A stretch of DNA of 34,139 bases from Candidatus Hodarchaeota archaeon (lineage in GTDB: Archaea; Asgardarchaeota; Heimdallarchaeia; Hodarchaeales; Hodarchaeaceae), in contig JAEOTM010000169.1 of NCBI GenBank assembly GCA_016839815.1, positions 1 through 34,139 of the forward strand, written 5' to 3'. The notes beneath the pieces are model-generated. The model was given only the letters and a program-made list of their open reading frames with translations, searched no databases and was not told the DNA's origin. This document shows, piece by piece, positions 19,052 to 28,215 of the stretch. The first letter of the stretch is position 1. Each line of letters opens with the position of its first letter. Position numbers and translations under genes: made by a program.

Positions 19052-20017
19052 TTGATTATGAGTAACTTAGAAAAAATTACTAATAGAGACATTCCAGCTT
19101 ATATTTTAGCCGCAGGACGAGGTTCTCGTTTGCATCCTTTTTCTCGATTGATAAGTAAGCCCTTACTTCCAATTATTAATAAACCAATTATTCTTCATTC
19201 CATTGAGCAATTACTTGTAGCTGGAATCGACCAGATTTCGGTTGTTATTAAACCAGAGGAACAGCAAATCCAAGAATTACTCTGTACTGAGTATCCTGAG
19301 CGAGATTTTAATTTTATAATTCAGAATAATCCGCTAGGTACTGGACATGCAGTACTTCAAATTGAGAATCATCTCGAATATGACGATTTCTTAGTGATTG
19401 CTGGTGACTCCCTATTCCAAGGAGAATATATAGAGAGGCTTTCAAAGATTCATAGAGATAAGAATAACACGATAACACTGGCTCTCGAGGAAATGGAGTT
19501 CGATCTAATGCGTCAAAGCTCTACTGTAGATTTTCATGACGGACGAGTTTGGGATATAAGAGAAAAACCGCAAACTAGAGTTGATATACTTAGTAATTTA
19601 AATTCAGCCGCTCTCTACATTTTTAAACAAGGAATATTTGATTTAATAAAAGAAACAGAGAAATCGATCCGAAAGGAGTATGAATTGGCTTCATCAATAA
19701 AGAAGGTAATATCTCTCAATAAAAGGGTTGGAGGAAGTGTTGCTTCTTCTGTATATCATATCAGTACTGCTCGTGATTTGTGGGAGATCAACTTAAAATT
19801 CCTAAGCGAACTAGTATCAAATGATTCGAATGGTAATCTTATAGGGAGCGAGGTGGATGTCCCTACACCAGAAAAAATACATAATACGATTATTGGTGAT
19901 TATTGTAGCATAGCAGCAGGAGTAACAGTCCACAACTCTGTTATTCTTCCAAATTCGATGGTAAAACACGACATAGAGAATGCTTTAGTTCTTTCTGATC
20001 ATACCGAGTCCTTTTAG
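19052..20017 (+). CDS. Sugar-phosphate nucleotidyltransferase (RmlA/GlmU/MPG family)
   Basis: ILAAGRGSRL, SKPLLP, PLGTGHAV, AGD, EKP and EYEL motifs, with short C-terminal hexapeptide-like repeats. The likely start is ATG at 19058. Confidence 0.9.
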   Translation: MIMSNLEKITNRDIPAYILAAGRGSRLHPFSRLISKPLLPIINKPIILHSIEQLLVAGIDQISVVIKPEEQQIQELLCTEYPERDFNFIIQNNPLGTGHAVLQIENHLEYDDFLVIAGDSLFQGEYIERLSKIHRDKNNTITLALEEMEFDLMRQSSTVDFHDGRVWDIREKPQTRVDILSNLNSAALYIFKQGIFDLIKETEKSIRKEYELASSIKKVISLNKRVGGSVASSVYHISTARDLWEINLKFLSELVSNDSNGNLIGSEVDVPTPEKIHNTIIGDYCSIAAGVTVHNSVILPNSMVKHDIENALVLSDHTESF

Positions 20018-20139
20018 AATGAAAAACTATAATATGCGAAAATAACTGCGGAATTATTAACTAGACGATTTTTTATTTACTTATTGACCATATTTAATTG
20101 AAGCGACAATATTATTCCTTTTGATTTTTCGGTGGCTAT

Positions 20140-21102
20140 ATGACGACTAGTGTGAGTAAACTTACCCGTTTATCACGAGAGAAAAAAACAGGAAACATCA
20201 TTCTTTTTCTTGCCATAATCTTTGGATTAATCTTCCTTTATAATATTCTGGATTCTGATTTGAATACATTAAACGACCAAGTAATAATAGCTGGAATAAT
20301 CATATTTAGTCTCGTTTTTGGTCACGTAATCAATAAATCACTTCGTCAACCTTTTTTCACGGAGGTTTCACGTTATCGTGGGGAATTAAATGATCGAAGA
20401 CTTGACATCCAACAGATAGTAGTCTCTGTGGATATGATACGACCCTTACAACTGCTTTCAAATGTAAAAAAGGTTTTAAAAGAGATACAAGGGTATGTAA
20501 ATGCCGTATCTAGCTTTCTGGAACAATCTCTATCTGAAAAAAATCTATCTGCACATCCCTTTCAATCCTCTGAAGTACAGCAACTTCTCCAAATTGTAAT
20601 AGACTCTGCAGAGGAAGCGATTCTTGAAATTGATAAAAAACATCAAAATCTTATTTTACTTGCCAAAACAAGGAACCATTTATTTAATAGTCTCAATCAA
20701 CGAGTAACTAGACCACAAAACGAAGTTGAAATTGATTATTTATACTATCGTATCCACAAGGACCTTCCTGAATTAATGGTTGATTCCTCCTTAGTATTAG
20801 ACGTCTTAAAACATGCTCTTGATAATGGAGAATTATATGGAACACTAAAACGAGATGAAAGTGGGGAACTAATCATCGTTATTGGTGAGGTTCCTATACG
20901 ATCAAATCAAGAAAATTATTCTTGGGGGAATATTAGTGAGACCCAAGATTTCTGTGTTATATGTCGACAATCTGTTACTTCTCAAGAACAAAAAGTAACC
21001 TGTCCCGAGTGTAGAAATGTTTTTCATCGAACACACTTACTAGAATGGTTAAAAGTATTTAATCAATGTCCTATGTGCCAACAGAGAATAAAAATGAACT
21101 AG
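20140..21102 (+). CDS. Membrane-anchored RING-finger protein (putative E3 ubiquitin ligase)
   Basis: Two N-terminal hydrophobic helices, a helical middle region and a C-terminal CVIC..CPEC..FHRTH..EW..CPMC RING variant. Confidence 0.8.
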   Translation: MTTSVSKLTRLSREKKTGNIILFLAIIFGLIFLYNILDSDLNTLNDQVIIAGIIIFSLVFGHVINKSLRQPFFTEVSRYRGELNDRRLDIQQIVVSVDMIRPLQLLSNVKKVLKEIQGYVNAVSSFLEQSLSEKNLSAHPFQSSEVQQLLQIVIDSAEEAILEIDKKHQNLILLAKTRNHLFNSLNQRVTRPQNEVEIDYLYYRIHKDLPELMVDSSLVLDVLKHALDNGELYGTLKRDESGELIIVIGEVPIRSNQENYSWGNISETQDFCVICRQSVTSQEQKVTCPECRNVFHRTHLLEWLKVFNQCPMCQQRIKMN

Positions 21103-21351
21103 CTACAAAGTATGCAATAACACCACGATTCTTTCATAAGGATTAAATTCAAACTAGCATGGGTTATAACTTTCATGATTATTTCATGAAGCGGGTAGAC
21201 CTCAAAGGGAATTAATTTCAAAAGACTTTTATTTTTACTTTTAGTGGTTATTTCTGTAAATGTTAGATGTAATGCAATAAGTCCGATTGTATTAAGGATA
21301 AAGTTTTTTTGATGAAGTCACAGAAGAAACTGTTTTGGGGCATTCTTTCTT

Positions 21352-21864
21352 ATGGGTAATACCAGCTTTTTTGAAACAGGAGGCTTAGATGAGCTAGATA
21401 CCCAGATTAAGCTATTCGAGTTAGGTATAGAATCGTTCAGTCCTTATGCTAGCACAGGAAAAGTGGATATGATAATCCGCTCCGATACAAACCAGCATGT
21501 CCGGTATGCGGATATTAAGGTATCTACAGGGGTGAAGGAGGGACAAAAAATGGTTTGGAAGCTGGAAATGTCATTTTTTATGAATAATGAAAGTTTTCTG
21601 ATTCTAAGTTACCGAGTCCCAGGAGAGGATGAAAGCTTAGAAAAGCATCATCTTATCATTGATTCTGAATCTTTTCTTGAAATAATCAAAAAGGAGAAGA
21701 TCATTTCTAAAGATAATTACTGGGTGCTTAATCTCCCTTATACTGAACTTCAGAGCATGCATTTGAAAAAGCAGAAAACGAAAAAAGTGAAATTAATAAA
21801 AGCGTTACGGCCCTATATTGATAAGTGGGAATTAATTGTCAATTGGGCTCGTAATGTTGAATAA
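21352..21864 (+). CDS. Hypothetical protein, possible PD-(D/E)xK nuclease fold
   Basis: VDMIIR...YADIKVS gives a D...DxK arrangement. Confidence 0.45.
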   Translation: MGNTSFFETGGLDELDTQIKLFELGIESFSPYASTGKVDMIIRSDTNQHVRYADIKVSTGVKEGQKMVWKLEMSFFMNNESFLILSYRVPGEDESLEKHHLIIDSESFLEIIKKEKIISKDNYWVLNLPYTELQSMHLKKQKTKKVKLIKALRPYIDKWELIVNWARNVE

Positions 21865-21874
21865 TTACCTCTGT

Positions 21875-22657
21875 TTATACATAAAGGCCTTTACTTGGGC
21901 CTAACACTTCTTGTTGAGAAATCTGACGATTTTTATCCGCAAGCTCCATGAGAGATTTTTGAATTTTCTCCGCATCAGATAAGAGTTTCGTAACGTCAAT
22001 ATCAAGTTTTTTAATTTTACTTAATGCTTCAATTAGTCGTGCTGCCCCTCCAGGATCAGGATAGGGGGTAGAAATGGGTGTTAATAATGAAATTCCTTCC
22101 ATAGGACTAAGTAAAGCTTCGTTCATAATCGCTCCTGACAACCCTGAAATAAAACCCGTGTGGGGTTTCGGAAAATTGTGATCCTTCAATTCTTCATTCT
22201 CCTGATAGACTTGAGGTTCACACACCAAGTAAACTTGATCAGATTTATTCTCTCGAGGATCTGCAATAAATCCATCTAAACAAATAACTTGTTTGGTTCC
22301 ATTATTTTTTGCCCATTGCATCATTGCCTGAGCTAGATAGTAATATGCCTGAGGAGGACAGGGAGATTCACCTATTAACACTCCAATTTTCTTATCCTTA
22401 CAACCATAAATTCGATAAGGATAAGCAAGTACTCCATCAATGAACACAGATACCGGAGGAATCAAGGGAGAACGTATTGAACCAATCCACTTTAAATCCA
22501 GTTCACTAATAATGTGTTTAGCCGCGATATTGCCCACTAATCCGTGACCAGGAAACCCAACAACAATCCATTCAGGAGAAATATCACTTGTGCATTCACA
22601 GACAGTTTGATCTGCATCCGTACGGATTACATATTCTGATGATTGATTAGGCATCAT
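21875..22657 (-). CDS. PAC2 family proteasome assembly chaperone (PbaA/PbaB-like)
   Basis: GFPGHGLVG, PYRIY, PDPGGAARLIE and IDVTKL motifs, plus a C-terminal HbYX motif (LYV). Confidence 0.9.
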   Translation of the reverse strand: MMPNQSSEYVIRTDADQTVCECTSDISPEWIVVGFPGHGLVGNIAAKHIISELDLKWIGSIRSPLIPPVSVFIDGVLAYPYRIYGCKDKKIGVLIGESPCPPQAYYYLAQAMMQWAKNNGTKQVICLDGFIADPRENKSDQVYLVCEPQVYQENEELKDHNFPKPHTGFISGLSGAIMNEALLSPMEGISLLTPISTPYPDPGGAARLIEALSKIKKLDIDVTKLLSDAEKIQKSLMELADKNRQISQQEVLGPSKGLYV

Positions 22658-22873
22658 AAAACCTCATTTATCAGTTATATCTTAATACTTCAAGAAGATT
22701 TAGGTTCTTACTGCTTAAGGGAGTAATCATTCATTTTCCGTATTTGCTTCTTATAATTCCTTCTCTGGTAAGTTATTAGCGATTAAATCGATATTTCAAC
22801 ATAAAGGAGGAGCGAGTGAAGGAGTTGGAGTATAAACATAAAAGTTATAGATTTCTTATTAAATGCAATAGAT

Positions 22874-23599
22874 ATGCTTTATTCATCATTTAGAAAAGCG
22901 AATGTTGCTAAAACGATTATCTTCGTCTTTTTACTAATTTTTTGGGCAAATACGGCTGAACCAGCTAATGCTGCCATTACTGCTGATTGGGGAGATGTAG
23001 TTGATGTCCATTACTTCCGATATACTAACGCTGATTATACAGGAATAGCAGAAGATAATAATATTGAATATATTTACTTATCTGAAGGATCATCTGTTCC
23101 TCCAGATGTCGCAGCATTATTTCCACAAGCAAGTGCGGGATATTTTGGAGGGTTTAAGGAAGGGATCGTCGGATTACGAGTAGACGAAAGCAGGAAATTT
23201 TCTGCCGTAGAGAGTGGAACGACTTATTATTTTGAGGTTACGTTACTTCAAATAAGGTATGACGCTGTTGTTGAAGGATCTACATCCGAAGATGACACAG
23301 AAACAACTACAACGACTGCAAACAAGGATCCACTTGGAGATTTAGGTACTCTTGTTCTATTTGGTGGAGGAGGAGTAATAATTGCAGGTGGATTATTATC
23401 TTGGGCTGTAGTTTCTTCCCGTAGAAGAGGTAAAGCCCTTAGTAGTGAGAGTAGTAGTGTTTCTAGAAGAGAAAGATCAATTAAGGAAAGTAAAACAAAG
23501 CTTAAAGAATTAAGAGAACTTGCCGAATCTCGTGGGAGTGAATTAAAAGAAGAGGAATCTACGGAATCAAAAGATATTAAGTTTAGAAGAAGGCGATAG
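22874..23599 (+). CDS. Membrane-anchored secreted FKBP-type PPIase-like protein
   Basis: Signal peptide ending in an AxA site; FKBP-like GDVVDVHY, GFKEGIVGL and YFEVTLLQI; Thr-rich linker; one TM helix; charged tail ending RRRR. Confidence 0.6.
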   Translation: MLYSSFRKANVAKTIIFVFLLIFWANTAEPANAAITADWGDVVDVHYFRYTNADYTGIAEDNNIEYIYLSEGSSVPPDVAALFPQASAGYFGGFKEGIVGLRVDESRKFSAVESGTTYYFEVTLLQIRYDAVVEGSTSEDDTETTTTTANKDPLGDLGTLVLFGGGGVIIAGGLLSWAVVSSRRRGKALSSESSSVSRRERSIKESKTKLKELRELAESRGSELKEEESTESKDIKFRRRR

Positions 23600-23698
23600 T
23601 TCCGCCATTTTTCTCTAATTTCTCGTGGTCTCAAAATCTGAACTTACCTTCAACTTAAATCGTATTTAATATAAGGTTAAAGGAGAATATTTATTCTA

Positions 23699-24118
23699 AT
23701 GTCCAAGAGGTTGATTGATGGACTGTGGAAAGCGGAGAAGACAAAAATTTATAACTCTCTTCCACGGAAGAAGATATCTTTAGCTTCATTACTTGAAAAC
23801 CCAATATTTACCCTCAGAAATAATCAAACATCTGAAATTACAAGAGCAGAGCTTGATTATCTTTGTAATCTTCTTCCTAAATCCCTATGGGAGGAGCTTT
23901 ATTTACCACTGGTATTTCAAAAGAAAAAACAGCTATATACTCTTCTCGGTGAGAAGTTAGAAAGATGGGTTGTCGAAAAAATCCTTAGTTTAACAAAAAC
24001 TTCCCCGTTTTTACTTGAGTTATTTTCTCCCCGTAGTGATTACTTTGCTTATCACTATCAAAGGGTACAGAAAAAAATACCTACCCTCGTATTCCTCACA
24101 TTTGCTATAGAGTCTTAA
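23699..24118 (+). CDS. DUF61 (UPF0216) family-like protein
   Basis: The N..LPRKKISLASLLENP start, LYLP and the YQRVQKKIPT end resemble archaeal DUF61. Size is 139 aa. Confidence 0.6.
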   Translation: MSKRLIDGLWKAEKTKIYNSLPRKKISLASLLENPIFTLRNNQTSEITRAELDYLCNLLPKSLWEELYLPLVFQKKKQLYTLLGEKLERWVVEKILSLTKTSPFLLELFSPRSDYFAYHYQRVQKKIPTLVFLTFAIES

Positions 24119-24131
24119 AATCGTGATTAAA

Positions 24132-24545
24132 TTACTGGAAAACTATATTTTCATGATTATCCGAGTGATCTTTCCAGGGTTCTTGAGGGGTATCTGGACT
24201 CGAAATAATTTCGATCAGGTCATTCTTTGTCAAGAGAAATATCCCGATTTTTTCTGCTAAGGAACGTGCAGGGTCAGAAAAGTGATTAGAGACGAGTAAT
24301 ACTTTGGAGACATAGCGACTAGCTTTCATTAGTTGCTCTGCTCGAATAATGATATCTACCCCTACAGCGCGTTTCCAGTCTTTAATCGTAATTCCAATAC
24401 CTTCTTTGTCACCGCCATTTTGAATGACGAAATCCCAACGACGATTACTAGCCCGAGAAGTATTTTGATCGATGGTTAAACCACGCAATCGACAATATTC
24501 GGTCGTAAGGTCTTTAAGAGGCAAGAGTTCTAAATTACTTGGCAT
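24132..24545 (-). CDS. Mrr-like restriction-endonuclease-fold protein
   Basis: WDFVI, IKDWKRAVG, LLVSNHFSDPARSLAEKIGIFLL is an Mrr_cat-like pattern. Confidence 0.65.
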   Translation of the reverse strand: MPSNLELLPLKDLTTEYCRLRGLTIDQNTSRASNRRWDFVIQNGGDKEGIGITIKDWKRAVGVDIIIRAEQLMKASRYVSKVLLVSNHFSDPARSLAEKIGIFLLTKNDLIEIISSPDTPQEPWKDHSDNHENIVFQ

Positions 24546-24629
24546 GATTAATTCCTTTACCTATTATTGTACGAATCTCTTTCAAATATTTTTTTAATTC
24601 TAAATTATAATTGTTAATATGTGTTTTAT

Positions 24630-25964
24630 TCAAGTTCTTTCAACCTCCCTTTGCTCTACCTGAATTGAATGAGGACTAACATGATAACGCTCAGGTTGCA
24701 GTTTATGGTATACTGTTAGAATCTCCAATGCACTAGCAATTGGAGTTTTCATATCTACCTTGAAAATCTTAGACCTGGCATCATGAACATCATCTTGACT
24801 TTCTAGAATGGGTAATGGTTCCATTTGTGTTAAAGGTTTGATGTGATAGTTCATAGTCGATAGGTTAACACCAAATTGTTGAGCCAGATTTGAAATTCGC
24901 AAACCATCAACACCTGTGGGTGGGAAAAAGTATCTTTCACGTGTTTGATGTTGAAGGATGGAAATGACGATATCCCGACGTTTTGAGGTAAAAATGCTGA
25001 CTGAATCCTCTGTTTCAGAACGATCTAGAGATTCAATCAAAGATACAGCATTTCTAAAACCCGATTGATTAATAACGTTCATAACTAAGGATGAAGTGAC
25101 CCTTTCAAGATTTTGAGTGATCAACTCATGTAAGCATGCAGATGCGATTTTTAATGCGATTGTAGGTAATCCCATACTGTGATCAGCGATAACTTCCAAT
25201 GATTTGACAGAAAACAAATCTATGGGTTTACGAACATCACGGAGACGTTTAGTAAGTAATTGTCTAACTTCAGTTTTTGAAAAAACAGGGAAAAAGAAAT
25301 GGTCTGGATTGAAATTTGAGTAGAAAGATCGAGAAAGATTGGCATTCTCTGATTCTGCTAATATTGTGAGAGTTAAACTACTGACAAACGCAATGATTAT
25401 TGCACCATAAGGAGCTCGGGAAATTATATCAGCAAAAAAATCAGTGCAGCGGGGTATTGCAGACGTACCAGTAATTGTATAGTCAAAATCATCAACAAAT
25501 ATAATTAATGGCTTTGTAGCTCTAAGTATTTCATTCAGGAAGCGTTCATATGTTTGTAGAGTTTTAGAGGAGGTACTATACAAACCCCGAGCTTGTTGAG
25601 GTTCACGCCAGTTTTTTAAATTTGTAAAAATCGTTTCATAATCTTTGAAACCAAACTTTTCCCATTCTTCAGTAAAATGTTGAGCAATAGTCGTTTTACC
25701 ACTGCCGTATAAACCATGTGTTAGCTGATGACGAAACGGTGAAGAGGAATCATCTTCAAATAATCGGATCGCATACCCAATTTGGGTAGCAAAGTTGACT
25801 AATACATCTTCACGCATAATGAATGATTCTTCAGAAATCTGAGTGGATTTCAGCTGAAATGGATTATGTTGAAATCCAAAACGTTCATACGGGGTTTTTC
25901 GACTGACTTGGCCTGATCTCCCAGCCTGTAAAGCCTCTTTAATTTTGTCGGTCACATCAGCCAT
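24630..25964 (-). CDS. AAA+ ATPase (Cdc6/Orc1- or ExeA-like) with C-terminal winged-helix domain
   Basis: PYERFGFQHNPF, Walker A GLYGSGKTT, Walker B IIFVDDFD, FPVFSKTEVRQLLTKRL, and C-terminal HTH ISNLAQQFGVNLSTMNYHIKPL. Confidence 0.75.
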   Translation of the reverse strand: MADVTDKIKEALQAGRSGQVSRKTPYERFGFQHNPFQLKSTQISEESFIMREDVLVNFATQIGYAIRLFEDDSSSPFRHQLTHGLYGSGKTTIAQHFTEEWEKFGFKDYETIFTNLKNWREPQQARGLYSTSSKTLQTYERFLNEILRATKPLIIFVDDFDYTITGTSAIPRCTDFFADIISRAPYGAIIIAFVSSLTLTILAESENANLSRSFYSNFNPDHFFFPVFSKTEVRQLLTKRLRDVRKPIDLFSVKSLEVIADHSMGLPTIALKIASACLHELITQNLERVTSSLVMNVINQSGFRNAVSLIESLDRSETEDSVSIFTSKRRDIVISILQHQTRERYFFPPTGVDGLRISNLAQQFGVNLSTMNYHIKPLTQMEPLPILESQDDVHDARSKIFKVDMKTPIASALEILTVYHKLQPERYHVSPHSIQVEQREVERT

Positions 25965-26825
25965 ATTAAATACCCTCTAGGTATCATGAAACAATAGATT
26001 ATTTTTCATTCCTTTTGTTTGAAAAATCCAGACATATTCTTCCTACTCTTACAATATATCCCTCTAACATAAATTATAATGCATCATCAAATTACAGTAT
26101 GGGAAACTGAGACGGAATATAGACAATTCGAACTAATTCGAGCTATTCGATTTAAAGTTTTGTCAATATAATCGCGATATTATTTATAGAAAAAAATCCG
26201 ACTTTATTAAATAAATCCAGAAAATTCACAGGAAGTTCCCGAAATTATCATATTATTAGGTTTAGAATTGGTAAAATCAAATTTAAAGCCGATTTCCTTT
26301 ATTAGAATTCTAAAAGGGGTATTTGCTCCTATTCGAACTAATTTTCAAAGTGCTTTTCAAATTTGCCTCCATCCAATTTGGATATAGAAGTACACATACC
26401 AATAAAAATGGCTCTATTCAAATTAGACGGATGTTTGTTTGGATTAAACACAATGAATCCCACTTTTTTACGAAATGATTGCCAAGATTGAATTTTAAGT
26501 CTTGGATTAATACCATTTTTGCTACTATTTAGAAAACCTCAATGAATATTTTCTAAAAAATACCTTGATAGTTTAGTTTATTAAGAATCATTACCCATAT
26601 GTACGCAAAGGGGATACAAATGGAAACAGATGTTAATATAATGCCTGATTTATTTAAAACAGCCTTATATTATGGGAAAAAATACTTAACAAATCAAATT
26701 GGATCTATTCTAAGAGTTTGGTCGTTAGATGACGTTGTAGAAGAGAATTTCCCTTTTCAAGATAACTAGCTCTATTTTTAAGGTATTTAAAATCTGTATA
26801 AGACTAGAAAAAAGAGAAACGAGAG
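25965..26825. other. Long AT-rich non-coding region with repeats (candidate replication origin or regulatory region)
   Basis: 861 bp with no ORF in the supplied track. ATTCGAACTAATT occurs twice (26126, 26331). Palindrome ATCCAA-T-TTGGAT at 26371-26383. Repeated AAATCCAGA and TTGGATTAA. Confidence 0.4.
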
Positions 26826-27665
26826 CTATTTACGTAGAATAGCTCTGGGGTTGCGATGGAGGAGGAGCTCTTCGTTAACGAGATCGGGAGTCCATGCCCC
26901 TTTTTTCATCAATTTGGTACCTTTCTTAATCTTTTTATGAATAGATTTATGAAATTTCAAAGTTGCAGCAAAAAGAATTAGAGTTCTAACAACGACATTA
27001 GAAAGAAGGTTAGGGTCAGAGGATTTTATGTTAATGTCGTAACGTCCACCAATATCAAATTTCTTTCCATTAATTAGTCCGATCTCTTTATCCCCAATCC
27101 CATGCACAATACGATAGTCAATTCCAGGGCCTATCTTATGTTTTAGAATGATTGGATAGAATTTATCCTCTTTATCAACATGGACTCTGAATGAAAACCA
27201 CTCTGGAACAAAAAAACCGCCCCTTATTTTACTTACTGACAAAATATAATCATGTCCATCAATGAGAGTAAAGAAATTTGGGAAATCTCTTCGAGATGTT
27301 AAAGAACGGGTGAATTCACGGGCGATCATTTCTTCAATAGTGCCTTGGTAATACATGCTTTTGGAAAACATCTTTATAACTAATCTTCTGTTTAGTTTAT
27401 CCTTTTCATCATCCCAAAGACCTTTTCGGTAACCTAAATAACCAATTGTTTCCTCTTCACCCTTTTTGACCTCTTTAACTTCACCGAATAGTTCTAAATC
27501 TCGATTAAATTGCCGAGATTTTGCCATGTGCTCTTCTTTTTGTTTGATTCCAAGTATCTCCCCATGCATCTTTGTACGCCAAAGATCGACAATTATTTTT
27601 CTTTCTTTTTCTGGGAGGGCTACTGGTACTTCTTCAACAACATCCTTTTCTGACATTTTATTCAA
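26826..27665 (-). CDS. Hypothetical protein, possible Tubby-C/LURP-one/scramblase-like beta barrel
   Basis: Many short beta strands (EIGLINGKKFDIGGRYDINI) followed by a hydrophobic helix (VVVRTLILFAATL). The likely start is ATG at 27656. Confidence 0.5.
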   Translation of the reverse strand: MNKMSEKDVVEEVPVALPEKERKIIVDLWRTKMHGEILGIKQKEEHMAKSRQFNRDLELFGEVKEVKKGEEETIGYLGYRKGLWDDEKDKLNRRLVIKMFSKSMYYQGTIEEMIAREFTRSLTSRRDFPNFFTLIDGHDYILSVSKIRGGFFVPEWFSFRVHVDKEDKFYPIILKHKIGPGIDYRIVHGIGDKEIGLINGKKFDIGGRYDINIKSSDPNLLSNVVVRTLILFAATLKFHKSIHKKIKKGTKLMKKGAWTPDLVNEELLLHRNPRAILRK

Positions 27666-27795
27666 CTCAAATATCCAAGAATCATGATTTCAAGACATAA
27701 GTAATTTAATAATCTTGAAGTTATGTTTTATTTAAAAATTTATGTCAAATTAATCTTTAGGAAGGTAAGAGTTACTTTCTTCAAAGTATTGAGGA

Positions 27796-28215
27796 TTAAG
27801 GAGCGAATTCCTCATCGATCCACTCTGAAATCTCATCTCTAAGGTTTCTAACAGCAAAAAAATTTTCTTCTTCAGTACCTGTAAACCTATTTGGATCTTG
27901 GAAGGTTTTGTGCTCATATTGTGTAGCATCAGGGAAAAAAGGACAAGCTTCTTTTGCTGAATCGCAAACTGTAACAACTAGGTCAACTTTTCGGCCTAAA
28001 AATTCTATTATATCTTTTGTTTTAAGATTCGAGGTATCTATTCCCATTTCAACTAAAATACGTCTTATATAGGGATTAATGGTAGTAGGATTCGTCCCAG
28101 CACTATAAACTTGATAATAGTTGCCAAATCTTTGCCAAAGAAGTGCTTCAGCTAATTGAGATCGAGCAGAATTGTGCGTACAAACAAATAAAATGATTTT
28201 ACTTTCTTGAATAAT
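27796..28215 (-). CDS. arsC: Arsenate reductase ArsC / LMW protein-tyrosine phosphatase family
   Basis: The frame is open upstream of the ORF-track ATG (28047) and encodes ILFVCTHNSARSQLAEA (CX5R loop) and SAGT, followed by VTVCD, ACPFFP and DP. An in-frame TAG at 28219-28221 leaves ATT as the only plausible start. Confidence 0.85.
   Translation of the reverse strand: MIQESKIILFVCTHNSARSQLAEALLWQRFGNYYQVYSAGTNPTTINPYIRRILVEMGIDTSNLKTKDIIEFLGRKVDLVVTVCDSAKEACPFFPDATQYEHKTFQDPNRFTGTEEENFFAVRNLRDEISEWIDEEFAP

Noticed and set aside
24630-25964. Firm cdc6/orc1 assignment
   Set aside because: The N-terminal FGF..NPF motif is ExeA-like and the sensor-2 Arg is missing, so the family is ambiguous.
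25965-26825. CRISPR array or tRNA/rRNA in the long intergenic region
   Set aside because: The repeats are short (13 bp or less) and irregularly spaced, and no GC-rich structured RNA is apparent.
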